From the IMG/VR virus record IMGVR_UViG_3300031994_000001, positions 349,022 to 413,021 of that record: a DNA stretch of 64,000 nt, one strand, 5' to 3'. The DNA comes from a virus (lineage: Duplodnaviria > Heunggongvirae > Uroviricota > Caudoviricetes). Below the pieces are notes generated by a model. It was not told the origin of the DNA and did not search any database. It saw only the letters and a list, made by a program, of their open reading frames with translations. The translations under genes and the position numbers were made by a program. Shown piece by piece: positions 29,385 through 38,587 of this stretch (positions are counted from its first letter, which is position 1; every line of letters begins with the position of its first letter).

Positions 29385-29941
29385 CAGTTTTGCTCCTTTT
29401 CTTCTGATTCTTTCTCAAACTCACAAATCAACCCGTACACCTTCAGACCGAGGAAATCCTCCTCTTTCTTCAAGACAGTCTTGCAATCCTCATATACCTT
29501 GGTGACTTCTTGGTACTTGCGTGTTTTCATTTTGGATTCAATATCCTCAATGGCACGGTTGCACTTGGTTATGCAATAGTCAAGTTCCTTGATAATGCCG
29601 CCGTGCATAATGTACGGGCTGAACTCGTCTTTGCCAAAATAATCATCGGCAGCTGTACCATATTTGAGTCCGAATCCGCCGTTGTCGTCAAACACGGACA
29701 CGCAAGAAAACTCAAAGCAATTTGAAATGTCGCCGAGCATAGTCTTAAAAGAACCCGACTTGATGAGGTTAAGCATTTTGTAGAACCCCCAATTGAAATC
29801 GTCAAGACTTTTGTAAATCTTGTTCAGATGGTCGCGACAGTTCTTGACAATGCTCAAACGCCGAGCGGCTTCAATTCTGTCGTGGTTGATTGATTTCCAA
29901 CTTTCCTTGAGAACGTGGATGATGAATTTGATTTTTTCCAT
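29384..29941 (-). CDS. Hypothetical protein
   Basis: Translationally coupled ORF. Confidence 0.7.
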   Translation of the reverse strand: MEKIKFIIHVLKESWKSINHDRIEAARRLSIVKNCRDHLNKIYKSLDDFNWGFYKMLNLIKSGSFKTMLGDISNCFEFSCVSVFDDNGGFGLKYGTAADDYFGKDEFSPYIMHGGIIKELDYCITKCNRAIEDIESKMKTRKYQEVTKVYEDCKTVLKKEEDFLGLKVYGLICEFEKESEEKEQN

Positions 29942-30564
29942 TATTTCGGGTTTTTGTAAAGTTTCAGAAATTCGTCAACGCTGATTACGTGGAGAATGTT
30001 GTCTCTGTCAGCAAGCATCTCATTATAAGTGAGTTTTGATTTGTTCGGAAACACCAAATTCTGCGGATTATCGTGATATTCAATGATGCAGCAGCCGCAG
30101 TCAGTATCAACCGTCTTGAACTCAATACCCTGCTCGTGGAGCATAGTGATAGCCTTCCACACATCGCCGTTCCAACCGCCGACAACCCTCGGCACAAGTT
30201 GAGCCTCATAGTTGAGCGGTATGCAGTCGTGTACGACAATGCGACCGCCCTTGTTCAAATGCTTCAGTCCGTTGATAATGTCCCTGCCCGCAAATTCCTC
30301 GGTGTGCATACCGTCAACGAAAATGATGTCGAACTTTTGCTCGGTCTGCGCGAACAGTTCGTCAGAGGTCATACGCCAAGTCAAGCAGGGCGGAATCATA
30401 TCCTCATTCTTAATCAAATCACCGAACTCCGTGAACGGGTCAACGCAAAATTTGTTTTCGCATTCAACAAAAACAAAGCAGCGACCGTCATCCAAGCCTA
30501 TTTCAAGGTAACTCTTGTAGCCGTTCTGCTTAATCAAATAGTTAATTATGTCTGTATGTTTCAT
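29941..30564 (-). CDS. Class I SAM methyltransferase (Methyltransf_24-like)
   Basis: YLEIG, FDIIFVDGMH, GGRIVVHDC, WNGDVWK. Confidence 0.85.
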   Translation of the reverse strand: MKHTDIINYLIKQNGYKSYLEIGLDDGRCFVFVECENKFCVDPFTEFGDLIKNEDMIPPCLTWRMTSDELFAQTEQKFDIIFVDGMHTEEFAGRDIINGLKHLNKGGRIVVHDCIPLNYEAQLVPRVVGGWNGDVWKAITMLHEQGIEFKTVDTDCGCCIIEYHDNPQNLVFPNKSKLTYNEMLADRDNILHVISVDEFLKLYKNPK

Positions 30565-30643
30565 ATTTGATTTATTTTTTCATACTACAATATAATAAAA
30601 AAATCTGAAATCGTGCAGGCGAAGTTTATATAGCAAGCCAAGT

Positions 30644-30651
30644 TATAAATA
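30644..30651 (+). promoter_or_regulatory. Late promoter TATAAATA
   Basis: Exact match 20 nt upstream of the plus-strand cluster. Confidence 0.7.
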
Positions 30652-30670
30652 AAGCATATATAAGAAAAAA

Positions 30671-31078
30671 ATGGAAATACTGAAAGCAAAAGAATACATC
30701 AGAGAAAAATTGACAATACAACCCGTGTCAAAAGACAGACTCGCCCACTTGAAAGACAAGGGGTTTTTCATATACCAAGACAGATGGGGACAGGCGTTCA
30801 TAAGCCCCGAAGCACTCAAATCAAACAAATTTGAATTTGTCAAAAGGACATATTCAATAAGTGACGCTATGGACTACATAGACAACGAACTCGAACCTAC
30901 ATCGGTTCTGTATTCCGCAAAAATGGTTCAGCAACTTGTTGAATTTTATGGATTCGACAGTATGGACGAACTCATTAAAGCAGCCATAACACTATTCGAC
31001 CCAGACACAATAAACAATACGGAAACGAAACTAATAGACAATACGTTTGATTTGACAAAATGGTTATTAGAACATTAA
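30671..31078 (+). CDS. Putative internal head protein (paralog 1)
   Basis: MEILKAKEYIRE-KLTIQPVSKDRL; paralog of the next gene. Confidence 0.75.
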   Translation: MEILKAKEYIREKLTIQPVSKDRLAHLKDKGFFIYQDRWGQAFISPEALKSNKFEFVKRTYSISDAMDYIDNELEPTSVLYSAKMVQQLVEFYGFDSMDELIKAAITLFDPDTINNTETKLIDNTFDLTKWLLEH

Positions 31079-31530
31079 ACAAACAATGAAAATACTGAAA
31101 TCAAACGATTACATCAGTGAAAAACTTGGCATAGAACCTATCACAAAAGATAGACTTACCAATTGGAAAAACGGCGCATTTTTCATATATCAAGATAAAT
31201 CAAGAACTACACTCGTAAGCGCAGAAGCACTAAAGTCAAACAAATTCGATTTTGTCAAAATGTTCCATTCGATAAGTGACGCTATGGATTTCGTTTCATT
31301 CGACATCAAACCAAGACCAACCGCCATTTATTATTCAGCCAAAATGACAGAACAACTGATAGAATTTCAAAAACAAATCAACGTTGACATCAAAAACACG
31401 GAAGAACTTATTAACGGAGGTATTGTACTGTTCGACCCAGACACGGTAAACGATGCGGAAATAAAACTGATAGACAATACGCTTGATTTTAACAGATGGC
31501 TATTAAAACATTAAACAAACAATGAAAATA
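31071..31530 (+). repeat. 24-bp direct repeat at gene junctions
   Basis: AACATTAAACAAACAATGAAAATA at 31071-31094 and 31507-31530. Confidence 0.85.
31086..31514 (+). CDS. Putative internal head protein (paralog 2)
   Basis: MKILKSNDYISE-KLGIEPITKDRL; shares EALKSNKF, SISDAMD, YSAKM, LFDPDT, KLIDNT with paralog 1. Confidence 0.75.
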   Translation: MKILKSNDYISEKLGIEPITKDRLTNWKNGAFFIYQDKSRTTLVSAEALKSNKFDFVKMFHSISDAMDFVSFDIKPRPTAIYYSAKMTEQLIEFQKQINVDIKNTEELINGGIVLFDPDTVNDAEIKLIDNTLDFNRWLLKH

Positions 31531-32445
31531 TATAAAGCAGAACAACTCATTCGGATTCTCGAAGGCAAAGAGGGCATTTGCAACGGGATGACCATTGACG
31601 AGATTTCAGACAAATACGAAAACTTCAAGGGCAGCGACAAATCACTGCTCCGCTCAATAGTGAAACTGTTTTCCGATATGGAATACACGGAAGACTATCT
31701 CGCCGTTCTGAACGAACTGCTCAACGACAAGCGCGTGCGCAACATTATGAGAAAGGGATTCGGTGGAAATTGGGGAGACACCACAATCAAGGTGTCAACG
31801 GACACAACCGTCAGAACCGATGCCGTGCAACCGACACAGAACGAGATTGATATGACGAAGAGTCTGAAGTGGGGTCTTATGAACTTCAAGGGTACTATTG
31901 ACAAACAGATACACGCCGAGCCGCCTATGCTGAAAGGCGTGCCTATTGTCACATTCAACAGAAAGTACATCATTGACGGACACCACCGTTGGTCGCAGAT
32001 ATACTGCTTCAACAAAATCCGCAACGGCGAACCTACAAAGTTCGCGGCAATCAACCTCGTGAACACAGACCTCGAACCAATTGACATTCTGAAGATAACG
32101 CAGACCACAATTGGCTTGGACTTGCACCCCGAAGAAATCGAACCGCACGTCACAACGGAAAATCCGAAAAACAACCTGCTCAACAAGCAATGTGACGAAA
32201 AGACATTGAGGGAGTTCATAGATAAAAACGCAACTGACGACACAGTTGAACTTATGACGAAATTCCACAAGGAAGACGGCGTTAAAGACAGAAACTCATT
32301 TATTGACTTTGTTTTGCAAAACTGTCTTGAAATGAAAGACAAAAACAACTGCATAGAGGACGCTCCCAACCGTGGTGCAATGCCGCAGACCGATGTTGAC
32401 AACAAACTTCTCAAAAACATCAAACGCACTTCTGACGTTTCATAA
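31522..32445 (+). CDS. ParB/sulfiredoxin-like domain protein
   Basis: QPTQNEI...PIV...YIIDGHHRW. Confidence 0.7.
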   Translation: MKIYKAEQLIRILEGKEGICNGMTIDEISDKYENFKGSDKSLLRSIVKLFSDMEYTEDYLAVLNELLNDKRVRNIMRKGFGGNWGDTTIKVSTDTTVRTDAVQPTQNEIDMTKSLKWGLMNFKGTIDKQIHAEPPMLKGVPIVTFNRKYIIDGHHRWSQIYCFNKIRNGEPTKFAAINLVNTDLEPIDILKITQTTIGLDLHPEEIEPHVTTENPKNNLLNKQCDEKTLREFIDKNATDDTVELMTKFHKEDGVKDRNSFIDFVLQNCLEMKDKNNCIEDAPNRGAMPQTDVDNKLLKNIKRTSDVS

Positions 32446-32462
32446 TTAAACACAAGCGGAAT

Positions 32463-32915
32463 ATGGGCAGAAACAATGTTCTTGACTACAACGGCTTTGT
32501 AAACGAGAAATTGAAGATACAGCCGATTTCAAAGGAAAGCCTCGAAAATATATCGAATGGCATAGCAAAGGCAAAGTCGTCAGAGATAAAGAAGTTTTGG
32601 ATATACGCAGGTCAAAACGGAATGTACTATGTGAGCGACATCGAACTTGACGGCGTTGGCGGCATTGTATTGAAACTGAAAACCGACAGTTTCAACACAG
32701 TTGAGGAATACATAAATGATTTTGAAGATGAATCGTTTGCATTTTCAATAAATCTATTGTCGCTTGTGAAGAATATGTACGGTTACTTGAACGAAGAGGA
32801 AACATTCGACAATCAAATATTCTTCAACACCTCAACTTTGGAATTTGTCGAAAATATTGACGACTATTACGAAATAAGAAAGGCGAAGCAAAAGGCAAGC
32901 AAACCGCACAGATAA
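32463..32915 (+). CDS. Putative internal head protein
   Basis: NVLDYNGFVNE-KLKIQPISKESL. Confidence 0.7.
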   Translation: MGRNNVLDYNGFVNEKLKIQPISKESLENISNGIAKAKSSEIKKFWIYAGQNGMYYVSDIELDGVGGIVLKLKTDSFNTVEEYINDFEDESFAFSINLLSLVKNMYGYLNEEETFDNQIFFNTSTLEFVENIDDYYEIRKAKQKASKPHR

Positions 32916-32957
32916 GAATCATACAGCAAAAACGAAACCTGCGAAGATAAGACAATT

Positions 32958-33797
32958 ATGAAATATATAAAAAATTTCACCGAATACACCAACGAAAAAC
33001 TTGACATAAAGCCCGTGTCAAAGGAAAGGCTGTCGGACACCATTGCACAGTTGAACAACGGATACGCACAACTGTTCGACAAATGGAAAACTATGGATTT
33101 GAGAGAAACGATTGATATAGAACGCAAACTGTTAGCCTATGATATAAATGACACAAAGGGCAGGTATGTCGAAACATTCTCCTATGCAAAATTTAAAGTT
33201 GAGGATAAATTCAAAAATTATTCATACTACAAAAAAGACTACGCTAAATTCTACGAAAAACACAAAAAAACAGCAAACAGCAGGGCGACAAAACCACAAA
33301 CCATAATCATATCCCTATATGTTATACTGAAACAATACCTGCAAGATAGGTCATATTATCCAATAATCGAACTCTACCTAAAACGGTTCGAGGAAACATA
33401 CGGCGTTGACAACGAAGCAGTCGCCGACATTTTCTTCAAAGAACACGTGAACGAGAAACTTGGCATACAGCCCGTCACAAAAGACAGATTGCAGTCAGCA
33501 GCCGACAATATTCCGAAACAAAATGACGATGAGGATACAACAAAAATTATGTTCAGACGCGAACATTACGGAGAGATTGTCGCTATAATTGATATATGGT
33601 GGAATGAGGCAAACGGTGAGATGACTTGTTACAGCCATATAGCACAGCATTGCGGATGTACGCGGGATTGGGTTGAAAATGAAACATCACAAGCCTATCC
33701 GAAAGAATACGGAAACCTGCTTGATGAATTAAAGGGTCAAGGATATTACAACTTGGAAATTGTTGACAGTCTTGACGATTTCACAGTATGCAAATAA
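32958..33797 (+). CDS. Putative internal head polyprotein (two motif-led modules)
   Basis: MKYIKNFTEYTNE-KLDIKPVSKERL and internal HVNE-KLGIQPVTKDRL. Confidence 0.7.
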   Translation: MKYIKNFTEYTNEKLDIKPVSKERLSDTIAQLNNGYAQLFDKWKTMDLRETIDIERKLLAYDINDTKGRYVETFSYAKFKVEDKFKNYSYYKKDYAKFYEKHKKTANSRATKPQTIIISLYVILKQYLQDRSYYPIIELYLKRFEETYGVDNEAVADIFFKEHVNEKLGIQPVTKDRLQSAADNIPKQNDDEDTTKIMFRREHYGEIVAIIDIWWNEANGEMTCYSHIAQHCGCTRDWVENETSQAYPKEYGNLLDELKGQGYYNLEIVDSLDDFTVCK

Positions 33798-33835
33798 CCG
33801 ACTTGGCAAGAACGCTGACGGAAAACCGTCAAACG

Positions 33836-33869
33836 GAAACGCCTGCATAACTTGCAGGAGTTTTCTTTA
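33836..33869. terminator. Terminator between convergent transcription units
   Basis: GAAAC-GCCTGCA...TGCAGG-AGTTTTC hairpin; second hairpin TGACGG-AAAA-CCGTCA at 33816-33831. Confidence 0.65.
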
Positions 33870-33925
33870 TTGTTCAGAAAAGTCTTGAATGCAATCTCCA
33901 CAAATGGTCTTGTTCACATCCATAC

Positions 33926-34633
33926 TCATTCGGTTATGATAAGTCTGACAAACAAATCGCCGCGCACTCCTTTGTCATAATAGCCAAATTCGGGGACACG
34001 GAGGAACATACCGTTGCGCAGGTGGTGCGGGGTCTTTATGTACCTGCCGACATTGTTCACCTGCACATACATAATATCATTGATTTCGGACTTCTTAATC
34101 CGCATATCATACACAAGCACATACTTGCCCAAATATTTCTTGAACGAGAAATTCTCGCGAAGGGCGAACTTTACCGACAGAAACAGATTGACCCTCGAAC
34201 CGCCGACTTTCTTTCCCATATTCTCATAGCAGATAACATCATCAACACCTATCTTCGGCGGAATTGTGACGGTAACACCGTCACCGTTGTCATATGGAAT
34301 GGTACGGGTGCAGCCGTTGAAACCTTCTTCAAGCGTAATGACAACCTCAACACGGGTGTCACGCTCCGTCATTTTCGGCTTGTATCCTATTGTTTCCTCG
34401 TGCTTTTTCTTCGCCTCGCGTTTCTTGACGCGGTATCCGTTTGTTATCTCCTTGTATGCGTTGAGTATTTCCTTGAACTTTTCCTCATCGCCGCCCTTGT
34501 CGGGGTGCATACGCAAAGACAGCCGTCTGAACTGACGCTTGACGGCTGATATGTCCGCATTGTCGGGAAGTCCGAGTATTTTGTACGGATTAAAGAGAGT
34601 GCCGAATATGCTGTAAGGGTCGCTGCAAGTCAT
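33926..34633 (-). CDS. dnaJ: DnaJ/CbpA-like J-domain co-chaperone
   Basis: PYKILG, HPD motif (MHPDKGG), ITLEEGFNG, GDLFV. Confidence 0.9.
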   Translation of the reverse strand: MTCSDPYSIFGTLFNPYKILGLPDNADISAVKRQFRRLSLRMHPDKGGDEEKFKEILNAYKEITNGYRVKKREAKKKHEETIGYKPKMTERDTRVEVVITLEEGFNGCTRTIPYDNGDGVTVTIPPKIGVDDVICYENMGKKVGGSRVNLFLSVKFALRENFSFKKYLGKYVLVYDMRIKKSEINDIMYVQVNNVGRYIKTPHHLRNGMFLRVPEFGYYDKGVRGDLFVRLIITE

Positions 34634-36573
34634 CAGAACAGTTCTTTGGGGCGTTTCTTAACCTTTTCACTATACAAACGCTTTTCGTTGCCACCTTCAA
34701 GCAACGCCTGCTTGCGCAAAGCGGAATCACCGCCGAACCACACGTTAAGTTTTTCATCGCTCTTGTCGGTTATGTCGTAGTAGTATAGACGCGGGTTCTT
34801 TATGATTTCCTCATATTCGGTGTCGGTGAGGGCTGCAAGACCTTTCTTGTAAGACACATCCCACTTGGTGACATCGTTCTTTTTAGTCCATTCCTCCCAC
34901 TCGTCATCATAGTAGAAATCAAGACGCTTGCCCGTTTTCTTGTTTTTCGCTATGATAACGGGGGTTTCGCAGCGGGCTATTCTGTGTTCCCTAAACAGTT
35001 CTGGCCACCATTTCTCAAACAGATTCACCAACAGACTTGCGCAACTTATGCCGTCAACATCGGCATCGCTGTAAATATGTATCTCGCCGTAGCGCAAATT
35101 GTCCTCAACAAGATTGCCTTTCTTATCGTACACAAACGGGCTTTTGCCGAATTGCAAACCGAGTGCGCCGAGTATGCTCTTTATCTCTTGGTTTTCGATA
35201 GCCTTCTTTTCCGTAACTTCACGGACATTGAGAGACTTGCCCCTCAACGGGAACGCACCCTGCGTTTCGGGATTTCTGTACTTGCGGAATCCCGCCATAG
35301 GAGAATCGCCCTCGCAAAGCATAAGGGTGCATTTCCTACGGTTCTTACCCTTTGCCTCAACGAGTTTGTTTATCTTCAGACGGGCAAGTTCCTTGTTGGC
35401 GTTGCGGACAGCCGCTCTGTCGTCAGCCTCCGCTTTCCGTGAAACCCAATCCATAATGGACTGCGTTATCTCCGAACCGAATATAGCCTTCAATGTCTTT
35501 TCACTTACCGTGTGGCTCGTGCCGAAGTTCCTCGCATCGGTTATCAGTTTTTCCTTTGTCTGCGAACTGTATGCGGGATTCTCAATGGAGCAGGATACGA
35601 ACACCCAAAGTTTGTTCCGTATGTCGGCGGGTTTCAAGTCAACCTTGTATTTCTTGTTGATTCGCTCGCGCAGATAGTTCACAACTTGGTCGGTTATGTA
35701 GTTGACGTGCGTGCCGCCGTCCTTTGTCTCCGCAGAGTTCACAATGGAAATCTGCGTGAACGAATCGGCAGGCGCGAAACCGACCTCCCAACCCTTGCCT
35801 TTCTCGAACACAACATCATCACAGTACATACCGCAGTATGCCTCGAATGACTTGAACGAGAACAGTTTTCCGTTGAACTTTATTTTCAGATTCGGGTTTG
35901 TCGCGGCAGCGTCAATAACACGCTTCTGCATCATAAGCAGGTGGTCTTCGTCAATCGAATTTATGCCGAACCTGCTCAAATCGGGTTCAAATGTTATCTC
36001 GGTGAATTTCTTGCTGCCCGCCTTTATCTTCGGGGTGGACTGCTTCGACATATTCTTCTCGAAAACCTGCACGAACTCCTTTTTGCCGTCAGCGGTTTTC
36101 ACCGTGAACTTGGTTGAGAATATGTTGGTGAGTGTCGCTCCGAGACCGTTAGTGCCGACCCAATCGCGTTTCTCCGTGTCATCGAAGTTAGAACCTGCCC
36201 GCAGTTTGGAGAATATGAGTGTCGGAACATACATTTTTTCTGTCTTGTGCATTTCAACGGGAATGCCGCCGTTGTCGTAAACACTTATTACATTCTTCTT
36301 GGTGTCAACCGTAATGTTTATGGTGTTGAGTTTAGGGTTGCGCTTCGATTCGTCAACCGAGTTGCTGAATATCTCGTCAAACAACTTCAGCAGGGCGGGT
36401 ACATAACGCACAGTCCGTTCCTCGAACTTGCCTTTACCGTCATACACCCATTCGACAACGGGTTCTGTGAGAACGGTAGAACCGACATAGGTTCCAGGTC
36501 TCAAGAGGACGTGTTCGGTCTCGGTCAGACTCTTGTATTTTTCCTCAATGCTTTTCTGTTTTGCCTTTGCCAT
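34633..36573 (-). CDS. DNA topoisomerase II large subunit (T4 gp39+gp60 / GyrB-like)
   Basis: EHVLLRPGTYVGS, FDEIFSNSVD, GTNGLGA, EGDS, PLRGK, DADVDG, YKKGLA. Confidence 0.95.
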   Translation of the reverse strand: MAKAKQKSIEEKYKSLTETEHVLLRPGTYVGSTVLTEPVVEWVYDGKGKFEERTVRYVPALLKLFDEIFSNSVDESKRNPKLNTINITVDTKKNVISVYDNGGIPVEMHKTEKMYVPTLIFSKLRAGSNFDDTEKRDWVGTNGLGATLTNIFSTKFTVKTADGKKEFVQVFEKNMSKQSTPKIKAGSKKFTEITFEPDLSRFGINSIDEDHLLMMQKRVIDAAATNPNLKIKFNGKLFSFKSFEAYCGMYCDDVVFEKGKGWEVGFAPADSFTQISIVNSAETKDGGTHVNYITDQVVNYLRERINKKYKVDLKPADIRNKLWVFVSCSIENPAYSSQTKEKLITDARNFGTSHTVSEKTLKAIFGSEITQSIMDWVSRKAEADDRAAVRNANKELARLKINKLVEAKGKNRRKCTLMLCEGDSPMAGFRKYRNPETQGAFPLRGKSLNVREVTEKKAIENQEIKSILGALGLQFGKSPFVYDKKGNLVEDNLRYGEIHIYSDADVDGISCASLLVNLFEKWWPELFREHRIARCETPVIIAKNKKTGKRLDFYYDDEWEEWTKKNDVTKWDVSYKKGLAALTDTEYEEIIKNPRLYYYDITDKSDEKLNVWFGGDSALRKQALLEGGNEKRLYSEKVKKRPKELF

Positions 36574-37075
36574 TTTGTAATTCAGTAGCCTTTTTCAATA
36601 GTTGCAATACTTCGCTTACCTTTAATCCCGCAGGCACGGCGATACCGTCACAGCGTCTTCCAGAGCCTATGAAATAAAGCCAAGCGGCTCTGCCCGAATT
36701 TATCTCGGCAGCACTCAAACTGTTGTTCGCGTACTCGCAGGGAAGTTTCAGTCTATCCCTATTTATAGGCAGTTCAAGGGAAAGCGTGTATATGTTATAG
36801 CAGTTGCGTGTTCCGTTCTCGTCAACATAGGAATCGTATGGCTCGCCCGCCCCTTCATCGTATGGAGCGTCATCCCAATCGTCACCCCATTGGTTGTGCA
36901 TTTCGGCGACCGTAAACCAAAGTTTGAGTACAATGCTATTGTTTTCCTCGCTGTAATACGGACAGTCGGCGAAACACAGTTTCGTGTTATGGTCTGTGTC
37001 GTATGCCTCCGTGTCGGTCATAAACCAATTACGGAAATCGGCATCGTTGAATTTGTCTGTCAAGTCAACTAACAT
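36545..37075 (-). CDS. Hypothetical protein
   Basis: Contains QWGDDWDDAPY; in operon. Confidence 0.7.
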   Translation of the reverse strand: MLVDLTDKFNDADFRNWFMTDTEAYDTDHNTKLCFADCPYYSEENNSIVLKLWFTVAEMHNQWGDDWDDAPYDEGAGEPYDSYVDENGTRNCYNIYTLSLELPINRDRLKLPCEYANNSLSAAEINSGRAAWLYFIGSGRRCDGIAVPAGLKVSEVLQLLKKATELQNGKGKTEKH

Positions 37076-37503
37076 ACGTCATTCGGTGTTTCTGTGTACC
37101 TTGAAGTATAGGTTATTTTATATGTCACATCGGCTTCGCTTTCGTTCAGCGTGTCAAGAATGGTGATTGCGGGGTTTTCAAAAACACGGACTTTCGTGAC
37201 AGTTCCGTCCCTTGCCAACTCAACAATCTTAAACGGCTTCTTGTATTGCCCGCACACTTTCGTTGTATCATACTGCCGTTCCTCCGTTTTGACGAAAATT
37301 CCGTTTTTCTTGGTGAACACGTTGCACGGGTTCGAGCAGCGCATAATGATAGACCAAGGATGAAGGTCAAGCGACATAACGGATTCAGTCACCAACCTGC
37401 GGTCTATCTCCGTCAAGTCTTCGGGCATCCTCGCCTCAAAAAGACTTTTCTTGCTCCCATCGGCATAGTCGTAAGTGTGTTCGATTTTCATTATGTATCG
37501 CAT
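37069..37503 (-). CDS. Hypothetical protein
   Basis: ORF in operon. Confidence 0.65.
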   Translation of the reverse strand: MRYIMKIEHTYDYADGSKKSLFEARMPEDLTEIDRRLVTESVMSLDLHPWSIIMRCSNPCNVFTKKNGIFVKTEERQYDTTKVCGQYKKPFKIVELARDGTVTKVRVFENPAITILDTLNESEADVTYKITYTSRYTETPNDVC

Positions 37504-37529
37504 TTTGTTATTTATGTTTTATATATAAG

Positions 37530-37832
37530 TCACTCAACCTTTTTGACCTTGTTGTCACGGTTTTTTCCAATGTGGTAGCCGTCACAGAACAAGCATTTGT
37601 AAGTGCTGAAATGCGTGCCGTGTTTTTTCGACATCGCTTCCGCACTTTTCAACGCGGTCTTTAAGGTGTTATACATCACCTTCGGTTGACCCGTGTGTTG
37701 GTTGATGTGGGAATTGATTGAAAACGCTCCCCAAGCGTTTCTTGAAATGAAGAAATTGTAGAAAAATCTCTTCCTTTTGAATTGGTCTTTAAACCATATC
37801 TTGAAATTCTTGAACTTTATTTTATTTTTCAT
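37530..37832 (-). CDS. Small basic protein with possible Zn-binding motif
   Basis: YKCLFCDGYHIG. Confidence 0.65.
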   Translation of the reverse strand: MKNKIKFKNFKIWFKDQFKRKRFFYNFFISRNAWGAFSINSHINQHTGQPKVMYNTLKTALKSAEAMSKKHGTHFSTYKCLFCDGYHIGKNRDNKVKKVE

Positions 37833-37889
37833 AACGATTCTTTATTTATGCTTGCGTTTGAGCAAATTCCAAAGTTTAGGCATACCAAA

Positions 37890-38501
37890 CTATCCTTTCG
37901 ATATAATGTCCATAAGTCTATTCTTGTGCGCCTCGGTCTGCGGAGTGCCAGAGAAATTGTAATAGTTGAAAATGAGAACCTTAACCTTGTCGGGCATCGG
38001 GTCTTGGAAGTCGGAGTAGTAAACCCTGCTGACAAACGAATTGACCCTGCTTCTGAAAAAGATTTTAAGGTCTTCTGAAAAATCACGGTAAAACACGGGA
38101 TGTCCGTCAACCGTGATTGGAAACTCATTGCGCAAGAACTTGTGTATCGTCATAAGACGCTGCTTGCCGTCTATGACTTCCTTTACACTTATACCGTCCT
38201 CCTGCTCGTGTTCAACAATAACAACCTCGTCAATGGGTTTTTCCAAAATTATATTCTTAATCAACTCAACCTTTTGGTAATCCTCCCAAACATAGGGTCT
38301 CTGCAAGTTTATGCCGTATGTCGGCAGATATACGTCAAAATCATAACGCTTGTTTCTGAAAGTGAAATCGTCAGATTCAAGCGCGTTTGCGAGTTTGAAG
38401 TCAAGAACGACACCCGCGTTCATATCCATTCTTGACGGAAGCCCGCCAAGACCGCAGAAATTTCTGATGTCGTCAACCGTTACATTTTTTCCGTTTTTCA
38501 T
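37890..38501 (-). CDS. DUF262 (GmrS/ParB-like) domain protein
   Basis: LQRPYVW...VIDGKQRLMT...NFSGTP. Confidence 0.8.
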   Translation of the reverse strand: MKNGKNVTVDDIRNFCGLGGLPSRMDMNAGVVLDFKLANALESDDFTFRNKRYDFDVYLPTYGINLQRPYVWEDYQKVELIKNIILEKPIDEVVIVEHEQEDGISVKEVIDGKQRLMTIHKFLRNEFPITVDGHPVFYRDFSEDLKIFFRSRVNSFVSRVYYSDFQDPMPDKVKVLIFNYYNFSGTPQTEAHKNRLMDIISKG

Positions 38502-38512
38502 ATATTAAAGAT

Positions 38513-38575
38513 TTACGGTGCAAACATACGATTTTTTCAAACGCACAAAGATTTTTTTATGTAAAGTTATCAACA
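38513..38575 (-). promoter_or_regulatory. Host-sigma (early) promoter with TGTTGATAAC box
   Basis: TATGTTTG at 38521-38528, TGTTGATAAC at 38566-38575. Confidence 0.7.
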
Positions 38576-38587
38576 GAGTTGTAAACA

